Made by a program: the position numbers and the translations under genes
The notes under the pieces: generated by a model
Databases searched by the model: none
The model's input: only the letters and a program-made list of their open reading frames with translations
Told to the model about the DNA's origin: nothing
Shown: positions 12,228 through 23,088 of the stretch, one piece after another
Layout of the letters: every line of letters begins with the position of its first letter
Numbering within the stretch: the stretch's first letter is position 1
DNA from: Neoconidiobolus thromboides FSU 785
Taxonomy: Eukaryota; Fungi; Entomophthoromycota
Direction of reading: 5' to 3'
NCBI GenBank assembly: GCA_025603075.1
Contig: MU626305.1
Span: 58,211-122,210 of the forward strand
DNA length: 64,000 nucleotides

Positions 12228-12694
12228 TGTGAAATCTAGTTGCTCAGTGATTAGAGTCAATACCAACTGTCTCTTGGTTGACTATACCGTAAGTTAAAAG
12301 GTCTTAGTTTATATGACTAATATAGACTTGGATTATGAATAATAACAAGTAATATACCGCAAACTACGTAAGACAAATAAAATAGACAGTACCAATGTAA
12401 AATCTACGTAAAATACTATTAACAAAATTTAGTGGCTTTATTAAATGTACAGGATATCAGGGAATAATTCAATTAAAGAGCCTCGAGTCACTATGTTCTA
12501 GAATCTCTTTTATACTCTAATAAGTATGGATATCGAAGCGGAGAGATAATGTCCTTTGGAACTACCTAACAGAAATCCTCGTAGCAAATCAAGATAAGAG
12601 CATGGGATTAATTGTCTCCGAACTCGAAAGGACTACAACTTAAGTGCTTATTATGCTATACTCGATCATGGAGCTGACAAAGCGATATTCCATA
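12228..12694. mobile_element. Solo-LTR-like repeat, copy 1 (467 bp), TSD ATTA
   Basis: TGTGAAATC...GATATTCCATA flanked by ATTA/ATTA; colinear with 13471-13934 and 56212-56676. Confidence 0.8.
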
Positions 12695-12720
12695 ATTATT
12701 AAAAATCGTATTTATAATAT

Positions 12721-12820
12721 GGGGATGTATTTTTTTTGTTTAAGAGCTTTACTAACAACTTTTCCGCTCAAATAGCGCTTAAAAAATGGACAAAATAATG
12801 AAACCAAAAAAAACATTCCC
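12721..12820 (+). mobile_element. MITE copy
   Basis: ATAT|GGGGATG...CATTCCC|ATAT. Confidence 0.92.
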
Positions 12821-13470
12821 ATATATAATTTTAAATATATAAAAAGCTTAATAAAAAGTTTTTTTATATCAGTCCTAGTTATAGTATTTGAAAATATTTG
12901 AATTTATTTAAGTTTAGTCTTTTATAAATAATATTGCATTTAAATAAGATTCATAGATTATAAGTTAAGGTTTAAATTTTAATAAGTTGACAGATTATGA
13001 AAATACAATATTAATTTTAACTTTTTAACTAAAATTATTTTAAAGCAATTTAATAAGTTAGGTTTTTATTCGACTATGATTATAAGATTTTATATTAAAA
13101 TTTTTAGTTAAATTAAGCTAGATAAGCTGAATCAAATAATATTTACTAATTAATTTCTTGGATTAATTAATAATTTTATTATTATGATAATAAAGTTACC
13201 CTATATTAATTTTAGCTTTAAATAAAAAAAATAACTGTTTTATTTAAATATTTAGTTACTGGCTAACAATAGTTATATTATCCTATATAACTACTTTTAC
13301 TCATAAAATTGCTAAAAAACTTTAATTTACCTAATATTTAGTTTATAACTTTAAATGCTATCAGGTTGATAATGTTAAATAATTTACCACCTTGGCTGCA
13401 TGGTAAATTAAGCCATGAACTTAAATTTAAGCTTAACCTACATAATTAAATATTGTTATTTAAGTGCTTT

Positions 13471-13934
13471 TGTGAAATCTGGTACTCAGGGTTTGGAGTC
13501 AAGAACAGCTATTGCTGGGTTGACTACACTATAAGTCGAAAGGTCTTAGTTTATGTGACTAAGATAGACTTGAATTATCAGGAATAGCACGTAATAGGTT
13601 AAAAGCTATATAAAACAAATAGAATAGACAATACTAATGTAAAATCTATGTAAAATACTATTAAGAAAACTTAGCGGCTTTATCAAATGTTCGAGATATC
13701 AGGGAATAATTCAGTTAAAAAGCCTCGAACTATTATACTCTGTAAACTCTCTTATACTCTGAAAAGTATAAGTATCAAAATGAGAAGATAATATTCTTTT
13801 GGATGGAACTAGAAATTCTCATAACAAATCAAAATAAGAACATGGGATTGATTCCCTCTGAGCTCGAGAACACAACAGCTTAGGAGATTGTTATGTTATA
13901 ATTAACCATGGGACTGACAAAGCGATATTTCACA
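13471..13934. mobile_element. Solo-LTR-like repeat, copy 2 (464 bp), TSD CTTT
   Basis: CTTT|TGTGAAATC...GATATTTCACA|CTTT; TG...CA ends with a short terminal inverted repeat. Confidence 0.85.
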
Positions 13935-14393
13935 CTTTGATTTGCAGAGCTGTTAAAATCAATTTTAAAATCTATACTATAAGTATACTATTTTTATTAG
14001 CTTGAATCCTAATTCATATAAAAAGGCTTTAAAGTTATAAAGCTTTTGGAAAAACTATGTTGTTGTAATCTTCATAAATAATATTGCCAATATAATGTTT
14101 ATGTTTTTAAGATTAAACCAAAAAAATTCTTCTACCCTATTGTTGAGCTTGAAAGTTAAAAATTCAGAACAAAGTTTGCAAATTTTAGATGTAAAAATAT
14201 CAACTTTCCATCTTCACAAAAAAAATGGAAATATTGACAAATATCAAAAACATTATATTGATGATGTGTATTACTATTGATTTTTGTCACAGCAATGATT
14301 TTGATCTTTATAGTGCCTACACATTTAACTATCTTAAACTTGTAGCACTTCATATTGCATCATGAATATCTTAAGGGCAAAGATGCAAGATAT

Positions 14394-14502
14394 GGGGATG
14401 TATTTTTGTGTTTAAAGATTTTACTAACACTTTTTCCACTTAAATAGGGCTTAAAAATGGAAAAAGTGTTAGTAAAATCTTTAAACAAAAAAATACATCC
14501 CC
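14394..14502. mobile_element. Fully palindromic MITE variant (45-bp arms, 19-nt loop)
   Basis: The right arm is the reverse complement of the left arm with one mismatch; ATAT on both sides. Confidence 0.92.
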
Positions 14503-14685
14503 ATATGTACTTTGTATATCCACTGCTTCTAAAAACAAACAACAACTAGATGTGCTTTTTATCCCATCAGAGTAAATGATATGAATATAGCAAGTTAAAA
14601 AAATGTTACAAGGCCAATTGAGTCATCTAATCTAAAGTTTAGCCAAATAAAAAAAGATCTTTACGTTATATTGTTTGAACGATTT

Positions 14686-14780
14686 GGCGATGTACTTTTT
14701 TGTTTAAGAATTTTACTAACAATTTTTCCACTCAAATAGTACTTAGAAACTGGAAAAGTAATGAAACCAAGGAACATCAC
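14686..14780 (+). mobile_element. Degenerate MITE copy, TSD ATTT
   Basis: ATTT|GGCGATGTAC...CATCAC|ATTT. Confidence 0.8.
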
Positions 14781-14937
14781 ATTTAGTTATTTTTTAGATT
14801 GTCTCTAGATTATTATTATATCGTTAGGAAGGTACATAAAGAAATCAAAAAACAACTTTCAAAAAAATCTTTTCTACCTAGATTCTGTTAGGGCCTTCAC
14901 AACTTAAAATTTTATTTCTGTAAACTATACGATATAT

Positions 14938-15203
14938 AGGAATATTTTTCATCTATTGTCCTTTTGCTATTTTTTTAAAACTTAATTAACTAGTGCAGCT
15001 GTTTAAGCTCATATATGTACCAGTGAATGACAAGTTTATAAAAAACTATTTATTTTGTCATGTTAATCTCAGGCTTAATAATTAAATTTAATTTTAAAAC
15101 AAACAGTTAGATAGTACACTTCTAAGCTTGGATATCATACTAGTTAATTAATTTCTAAATTTAAAAAAATAGCAAAAAGAACAATAGATAAAAACGCATC
15201 ACC
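14938..15203. mobile_element. Larger (~266-bp) non-autonomous element with ~60-bp imperfect TIRs and ATAT flanks
   Basis: ATCTATTGTCCTTTTGCTATTTTTTTAAA...TTAATTAACTAGT is inverted as ACTAGTTAATTAA...TTTAAAAAAATAGCAAAAAGAACAATAGAT. The right end CATCACC|ATAT resembles the MITE end. Confidence 0.65.
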
Positions 15204-15790
15204 ATATATTAATATAAGTTTCATAGATACGACTATAGTTACTGAGCCACAAAGGCTCATTTCTATTAATAATACACTTCACTACTTGGCTTCTTCAGCT
15301 CTAGTAGTTTTTTCATAACATGGTTCCTTAATTTTATTATAGCCTTAATAAAATATAGCTATTGTCATAAGGGAATCATTTTGCAAAATGTAATTAAAGT
15401 TGCAAGATAAATGGGTAAAGTTAGTCAGTCAGTCTCAGGAATTAAATTAAATTAAATTTTTATTTATACATGCATCATATTAGACTTTTATATTATTAAT
15501 GATGATATATTATTATATTTTTTATAACAACAATATTGAATTTATGCTACAAATTACTGGCTCCTGAATATTAAATTTTAGTAGGCTGCTTAAATAGCTA
15601 CTATTCTTATTACTTGAAGTATAATATATAAAGTAATGAGATATACTGTGTTTCTTTGTATCTACTCAAGCATTCAAATCAACTAAAGGCATTACAAAAA
15701 ATAATGTTCTGTGTAAGATACTCTTGCTTTGAGTGATTGAAATAAAAATTTTGATTTTTTCGAATTTAATGCTAATACATAATAATATAT

Positions 15791-15889
15791 GGGGATGTAT
15801 TTTTGTGCTTAAGAATTTTACTAACAAATTTTCCGCTTGAATAGCGCTTAAAAAATGGAAAAAATAATGAAGTCAAAAAAAACACTCCC
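15791..15889 (+). mobile_element. MITE copy
   Basis: ATAT|GGGGATG...CACTCCC|ATAT. Confidence 0.93.
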
Positions 15890-17407
15890 ATATTTTAGTA
15901 TACAGTATTTATAGCATATCGCTCTTGTTTCGAAAAAAAAATGGTATAAAAGTTCTGAATAGACAATATTATAGTTACAAATTCAAATAAATTAATATTC
16001 TAATATTCTAAAATTTAATTTGTAGTTTATACTGATGTATAATATTTCTACTAACTGATGCTTGATATAGGCCTTAAAAATATCTTTGTACATTTAAATT
16101 AAAAATTTCACAGTTTTTAGAAATAAAATTAATTATTTTTTATTAGTTGAATATATTGCGAACTTGCAATACAGTTATCATTTCAATAAATGTGTGAGGA
16201 TTTGGATAATAAGGGATTGATATTAGTCCAAAGTCTCTAATTGATAAAGATCAAAAAAATATTAATGAATGCTTGGATTTGATTAAAGCTCTTATAGTAA
16301 AAGAATTATATATTCCTTTAACAAGGGATAAAAGTTAATCAATCTCAATCATTTATTAAAGAATAGTGTTTTGAGATGAAAATATAAAGCTAATATACAG
16401 TTGTAAGACAGTATATCTAAAGCATAAAAAAGGATTGTATTTTTATCGAAATAAGTAAGAAACTTAATGTTTTAATCACACAAGGTTTATATTCAAAAAG
16501 ATAAATATTTTACAAGTATAAGTTTGAATATATAAGTTGTTAAAATAAACTACCACAAATCTGAGAGTATCGAGTTCTTGATATTAAGCCTGCAGCTACT
16601 GATAACCTGACTGAAACTACCAAGCCCAGTTCTTTAGCCCTACAATGTGTTTTTAATTTTAGAATTTATACTAAGTTATAGCTTGAAGTTTTTATAAGTA
16701 AGCTTTTATCAATTTTATTAATATAGCCCATCTTTATTTTACTAGTAAAGCTTTATATTTGACAATATTGAGATCATGAATTGTTTTCATATTATTTGAA
16801 ATGCTTTCTAATAAATTATAAATCTATTTTAGTAATCTTTTAAGTTAATATCCGAAATTAAATTACTTTGCATATTCTAAGTTAATCATATTACTCATAT
16901 TGAATAAGTCAGGGATAGTTTAATTCACCCTACACAAAATAATGATTTTTTTGCTTAACTATTCTTATTGATAGGCGTAACATATTCTTATAGATTTTTA
17001 TGTATGCTTTTATAGCTATTGTTCTTTTCGACAACCTTACAAATCAATATTTAATATATAGCAGTATTAATTTCATTTCATTTCATATACACAAACAATA
17101 GTTTATACTCAATGCTAATTTTTATCAATAAAATCATAGATGTTACTATAATAAACAATTACAATTCAAAAATCGGAATAAAGTGTAAAAAATAAAAAAT
17201 AAAAAATATTGAATGAAATCATAGCTTTTAAAAATTTAATTGAATTTTAGCTATAAAAGATCACCCTTTATTTGCAGATATAGAATAAGATTGAAGCGAG
17301 AACTTGAGAATTAAATTTCATTATAATCTAAAAAAAAGTATAAATACAACTCAAAGTGTTATTTAAAAGATTTTATCTTTATACTAATTTTTGTTTGTTT
17401 CTAAAAA

Positions 17408-18751
17408 ATGGTGGACAATTTAAATGATTTAGAAAATAATAAACAAATTAAAGAAATCAACAGTATTATATTAGATGAAAAAGTAACTATCGATAATGCG
17501 GAAAATGATTATGATAAAACTAGTCAAGTTGAATTAATAATGGATGAAAAAAAGGGATGGGCAATAGTTTGTGCTTCCTTTGTATTACATTTTATACTAC
17601 TAGGGATTCAATATACATTCGGAGTTTATTTAGTAGAATACAAAGAAAATGTATTTAAAGATCAAGCAAATACCTCAATTATATCATTAATAGGGAGTAC
17701 TTCTTTAGCATTATTATCAGCTGGAGGAATAATAAGTGGACGATTATGCGATCGATTTGGTTATGTTAAAATGGCTTTGATTGGCAATTTTATATTTAGT
17801 ATTTCTTTATTGTTAGCTTCTTTTTCAACTGAAGTTTGGCATTTATTTTTAACTCAAGGAATTATGTTGGGTATGAGTAGTTCAATGGCTTTTTTCCCAG
17901 CAGTTTCCATCTCTTCTCAATATTTTAAAAAATATCTTGGTGTAGCAACTGGAATTTGTGTAGCTGGTTCGGGTATTGGAGGTTTAGTATTATCTCCAAT
18001 TACTCAAAAATTATTGGAAGTTTTAGGCTTTCGTTGGACTTTAAGAATCATGGCTTTATTTGCACTTATTGGTGGTTCGATTGCTAGTTTATTCATAAAA
18101 CAACGAATTTTTTCCAAAAGAATGGGCAAATTTATTGACTTTACCATATTTAAAGATAAACGGTTCCTTTTGCTAGTGGCCGGTGGTTTTATCTCTTCTT
18201 TGGGCTATCTTATTCCATTTCTAATCTTACCAAGTTATGCTAAAGATTGTAATATCGGGGTTGGTGAATCAGCTATTTTATTAGGTGTGTTGAATGGGGG
18301 TAATGCATTAGGTCGAGTGTTTTTAGGTATCATGGCTGATAAATTAGGCAAGCTTAATATCATGGCCTTAGGTATCTTTTTTACAGGTTTATTTTGTTTA
18401 ATTAGTTGGTTGTTTTCATCTACTTTTGTTTCTTTAATTATATTTTGTATTTTATATGGTTCCGTTGCTGGTGCTTTAATTGCTTTACTTCCAGTTACTT
18501 CAGCTTCTCTATTCGGTTTAAATAATTTAGCTACTATTAATGGTTTGTTATATGTTGCTAATGGTATACCTAGTTTAATCGGTACGCCTCTAGCTACAGC
18601 ATTAATTAATTTAAGTAGTAATGGCAATAATCATGGTCCTTCCTCTTACCTTCCTGTTATCTTATTTTCTGGTATATCAGGTATTGTCGGCTCAGTTTTT
18701 ATCTTTTGGTTAAAATATTGTATTAATCCAAAAACATTCAAGAAAGTATAA
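17408..18751 (+). CDS. MFS transporter, monocarboxylate porter (MCT/Mch-like) family, intronless
   Basis: 447-aa ORF with about 12 hydrophobic segments: GWAIVCASF...GIQYTFGVY, GRLCDRFG, YFKKYLGVATGICVAGSGIGG, GRVFLGIMADKLG. Confidence 0.92.
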   Translation: MVDNLNDLENNKQIKEINSIILDEKVTIDNAENDYDKTSQVELIMDEKKGWAIVCASFVLHFILLGIQYTFGVYLVEYKENVFKDQANTSIISLIGSTSLALLSAGGIISGRLCDRFGYVKMALIGNFIFSISLLLASFSTEVWHLFLTQGIMLGMSSSMAFFPAVSISSQYFKKYLGVATGICVAGSGIGGLVLSPITQKLLEVLGFRWTLRIMALFALIGGSIASLFIKQRIFSKRMGKFIDFTIFKDKRFLLLVAGGFISSLGYLIPFLILPSYAKDCNIGVGESAILLGVLNGGNALGRVFLGIMADKLGKLNIMALGIFFTGLFCLISWLFSSTFVSLIIFCILYGSVAGALIALLPVTSASLFGLNNLATINGLLYVANGIPSLIGTPLATALINLSSNGNNHGPSSYLPVILFSGISGIVGSVFIFWLKYCINPKTFKKV

Positions 18752-18759
18752 TAAAGTAT

Positions 18760-18760
<1 letters not shown>

Positions 18761-18794
<34 letters not shown>
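18761..18794. repeat. (TAA)n microsatellite, about 11 units, in the MFS 3' region
   Basis: Read directly from the sequence. Confidence 0.9.
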
Positions 18795-18795
<1 letters not shown>

Positions 18796-19679
18796 GACTA
18801 GAGTGATAATATAATAATATAATAATATAATGTCTTTTAAGTTTCGGATTATGGAAATTTTTGACTTAATTTTGAGTTATTAATTGTTCTTGAATTATTT
18901 TTTAATCAAAAAATTAAATAGCGACATTTGTCTAAAATTTCAACTCAAGAACAAAGCATTTTAATTAAAAAAATAGATTTAAGTTAGCCTTTTTTATAAT
19001 ATACCATTTAGAGCCTAATTAAAAACAAAAAAATATTAACAAAAAAATTTTCTTTTGCTACTGTACTAATGTTATTTTGGTATTGTCTTATTATATGTTA
19101 ATAGTAAGATAACTATGGAATTGCTAGTTTTAGTTTCACTATTAAAATATGATAGTTAGTATAACTTCATTAATAACATCCTTATAAGCTATCTTAGCAT
19201 ATTCTAACTACTTTATAAACTCATCGGGTAAATAAAATTACTTATTTAATTTATATAAAATCCTTATCCTTAAGGGGCCATTACTTTCAAAAATTCTATT
19301 TAAAATTAGATTGAAATACTGTTTAACCCCAATAAAAGTCTGGTATTTATTCTTGAAGATAGGTGACACACATCAGTGTTCTTTTGTGATTGTTTTTAGT
19401 AGGAATTTTTTGAATACAGTGAAAAAGAAAGCAAAGGTCTGGTATTATTGTTATAATTGAGCAATGTCTTCTTAATGATAGAAATAACGAGAAACTTCCT
19501 AATGAAAAAACATCTTAATCAATGGATAAATAGAAGTTTAACTTACTGACCAATAAAACATAGTCAATTTATTACCAGTTTAAACCCAGTTGTGCATAGT
19601 TTTAACGTAAGATTTAAAAAAATAGAATAGTAAAAACTTGAATTTATTTTTTGATAGCAAACAACAAAACAAAATAAAG

Positions 19680-20795
19680 ATGGGCAATTATAAATATAGT
19701 AAAAACTACAAGAAAAAAGATTATAATGATACTGTTGCTTCGATCTATATGAAGTCTCTAGAGTCGGGTTTGTTACCAGAGCAAGGTCTATATTATCCAG
19801 AGCAAACAGAAGAAAATAATTCTATGGTTTTAACAGTATCTAGAAATTCACGCATGCACATGAGTTATGGTGGATTAGCCAAAAGACTAATTATCAATAA
19901 ACGATGGTCAGGCATGAATAGGAATCCATTTAAAATTCATCGGGAAAATGAGCTTATTAGACTTGCACAAATAAGTAAAGGAAATACAAAAGTTAATGAA
20001 CAATTATTATTTTCAGCTGCTAATAGCGGTAATGTTACTTTAGGTAAGTTGAATTTATTGTTTTAAGTTCAAAAACTCAAAATTCCAAAGTTCGTAGATT
20101 GTTGAATGGGTGGGTTAATCCTTCTTGTAGAGATGATTGTAATAGAACGCCACTTCATTTTGCCGCTAGTAAAGGGTTTTCGCATATCATTGAACTGTTG
20201 ATTGAAGCTGGAGCAGATGCCACTTTAATGGATAAAAATGGTAATTCTCCTCTAGATTTAGGTATGTTTATATACGCTTTTTATTAAAGTTATTAAAGTA
20301 TTTTTAGCGGCCATTTCCAATCATTTAGAAGCAGTTGTTAGATTAACTGAAGCTGGTAAGGAGCAATAACAGAATAAATTGAAATGAATAATAATTGTTG
20401 TTTTATTTGTAGGTGCTAAAGTGAGTGATGGTGAAATGGATACAAGCTCAAGCCAAAGTTCCAAATTAAATCATATAAGTAATCCGTTAAGAATGATTAA
20501 AGCTAGGTTATCAGCTTATAAAAGTATCAATTTACCAATGAATGAAGCATTAATCAAAGCGATGGATCAAATTATTAAAATATTAAGAAGCCATATGATA
20601 CAATATAAGAAACAGGTTGTTGTTGATAATTCAGTAGATATTGAAGATTTATGTAATCAATTGGAAACTAATTTAAATCTAAAAAATAAGGAATCGATTA
20701 AAACGAGTAGTGAAAGCAATGAGAGTGAACCATTGCCTGTAGATAACACATTAGATCAAATTAATTTACTTATGGAAAAACTTAATATTACTTAA
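19680..20795 (+). CDS. Ankyrin-repeat protein, ANKRD54-like architecture, 4 exons
   Basis: Spliced: AANSGNVTLVRRLLNGWVNPSCRDDCNRTPLHFAASKG...GNSPLDLAAISNHLEAVVRLTEAGA, then a helical tail (QIIKILR...DLCNQL...DQINLLMEKLNI). Confidence 0.8.
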
Positions 20796-21172
20796 TTATT
20801 TCATGACTGTATTTTTAGAACTTTTATGTTGATTTGGTTTCTTTTTTTTCTATTTTCGTGTACTTCATGAATCATGCTTAATAAATTTATTGCTTAGAGT
20901 TTGTGTCTTTGATTTGCTTTTATTTATAAGAAGTTTATTGATATCTTATATCAAATAAAATAATTTATGTTTTCTTAATATAACATTTAATTTCATTTTT
21001 CATTTTATCCCTATAACTCAGCTTCAGTTAAGAAGTCTAAATGGCGTTCAGTGATTGGCTCAATTTTCAATGATGATTATAAAATTTATAAAACTTTCAT
21101 TGTAAATTTCAAAACTACAATTTTAATTAAACTCAATAAAGTTTTTATTAAAAAGGAAGAAAATCAACAACG

Positions 21173-22432
21173 ATGCGTTTAAATTTAGGATTAGTAGCAT
21201 TAATAAGCAGCGTGTTTGCTGATTTTAAAGAAGAAACAGATCCAAACTTACATTATTCCCATCCTCATTCGATTCACCCTCCTTTTGTTGGTAATATACA
21301 TATTTTAGAATTTAACTCGAAGTACTAAATTCATACACAAAGCAGATAAGTTTGATATGACATGGTTTGAATATGGTGGTGACACTGTTATTGATACTTA
21401 TTCTCATGTTCGTTTAACTCCTGATCTTCCATCAAGGAGTGGTAACATTTGGTCTAAAAAGGTAATTTTTGAGAAAAAATAATCCTGGATAAAAAGAAAA
21501 TGGACGGTTTTCTGATTATTTGTTTATAGAAATTACCAAAAGCCAATTGGCAAATTGAAATCGAGTTTAAAATCCATGGTTCAAGCTCCCATATCTCTGG
21601 AGATGGGTTCGCTTTTTGGGTAACTACAGAAAAGAATAAACAAGGTAAATTTAAGTTTTAGCATATATTTTGATGAATGGTTTTGATATGAATTTTTAGG
21701 TCCTATTTTTGGTAACCAAGATTATTTTAAAGGTTTAGGCGTGTTTTTTGATACTTATTCTAATACTCAACATGATGTAAATCTTTATTATGATATTATG
21801 CTATTATGTATTTAACCTTTTTTTTAATTTTAGGAAACTTTCCCATATGTATCAGCTATGATTGGTGATGGTCAAACTCCATTTGATATTAACAATGATG
21901 GGTTTCAAACTAAAAGTGGAGGATGTTCAGTAAATTTAAATTTATTACTTAAGCGGTTTAATAATAGTAACAATAATAATTTTATAGGCCGAATTAAAAT
22001 TCCGTTCCGTACCAACTAAAGCTCAAATCACTTATGTTAAAGATAGTTTCTTAGAGGTATTAAAAAAACTTAACTTATACTATACCTGGTTAATGTAGTT
22101 TTTAGGTCAAACTTCAGACTAATACTGAAGGCGTATTCGAACACTGTTTTACGATTGATAAAGTTAATCTTCCAGAAGATGTATATATGGGTTTTACTGC
22201 TTTAACTGGACAGTTGCATGACAATCATGATATTATTAATGTAGTTACTCGTACTTCGCTTTCAAAACCAAATTATGTACCAGGAAACAGTGGAAACAAT
22301 AAAGCCATTCCACATACCTCGAGCTCTAGTTCATTAGGTATCTTCTTTAAATTACTTTTAGTGGGTGCTTTAGTGGCTGTCATTTATTTTGGTTATAAAG
22401 CTAATCAAAGTAAAAATATGAAGAGATTTTAA
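21173..22432 (+). CDS. Legume-like (L-type) lectin, ERGIC-53/VIP36/Emp47 family cargo receptor, multi-exon
   Basis: Signal peptide MRLNLGLVALISSVFA; WFEYGGDTVI...VRLTPDLPSRSGNIWSK; GDGFAFW; GLGVFFDTYSN; GFTALTGQLHDNHDI; C-terminal TM followed by ...KRF. Confidence 0.88.
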
Positions 22433-23088
22433 AGGAGTTTTAAAAGATAAATAAATAAATGCAAAGTTTATTATTAGTGGTGTTTAACTGTATTCAGAAG
22501 GTTTATTGGTTTGCATTTGTTTAAGATTTAGTTGACTTTGCTATTATTATCATTTTTAAGTGATGTTTTTTAAATATGTCTTAATATAATAGTTATGACC
22601 TTATTCGATAAAAGGAATTTTTAGAATTATACGCTTAAGAGCAGATAGCTACTACTTTTAATTGTTAAGGCTATAACAACAGTTGATCAAGACATACTTA
22701 ATGTTCACTAAGACAGTAAATAAGCATCAAAAAATTACAAGCAATTTTATCAACCAATTAAAATAAATTATGACATCTGCATCGATTTGAGCATTACGAT
22801 TATTATATTTGTTTCTGAATGTTATGTTTAATTATATTGGAAATTAAATATATGAGTTGATTTAATATTATATGGCTTTTAACAAATATTTAGTTTTGTA
22901 ATAGTTACATTTCTTTTTATAATAATATTTTTAAATAATGTGAATAAAAATTATATTATCATTTAAAGGAAATTTTCATTTGTAAAATCCTCATCAAAAT
23001 GATAATTGATTGGCTCGACTGGAACTTAATGAGTAAAAATTAAACTCAAATTTTTAATATCCTCTTTTTTATTAACTAAGAATAAAAA

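Noticed and set aside
14095-14545. Short ORFs in the track (also 29568-29771, 55933-56184, 59922-60200) with similar KYLSGK...NTSP peptides, looking like a small protein family
   Set aside because: They are translations of the reverse strand of MITE copies, not genes.
16150-16660. Coding-like stretches upstream of the MFS gene
   Set aside because: Multiple stops and no identifiable domain; at best an unassignable relic.
18235-18627. Antisense or alternative-frame ORFs overlapping real genes (also 5308-5532, 9520-9717, 10354-10593, 31147-31329, 31912-32124, 38204-38428, 62346-62690)
   Set aside because: Shadow ORFs of well-supported CDSs with no recognisable motifs.
19470-19560. Possible box C/D snoRNA (ATGATAG...CTGA)
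   Set aside because: Box C is non-consensus and there is no terminal stem or evident guide sequence.
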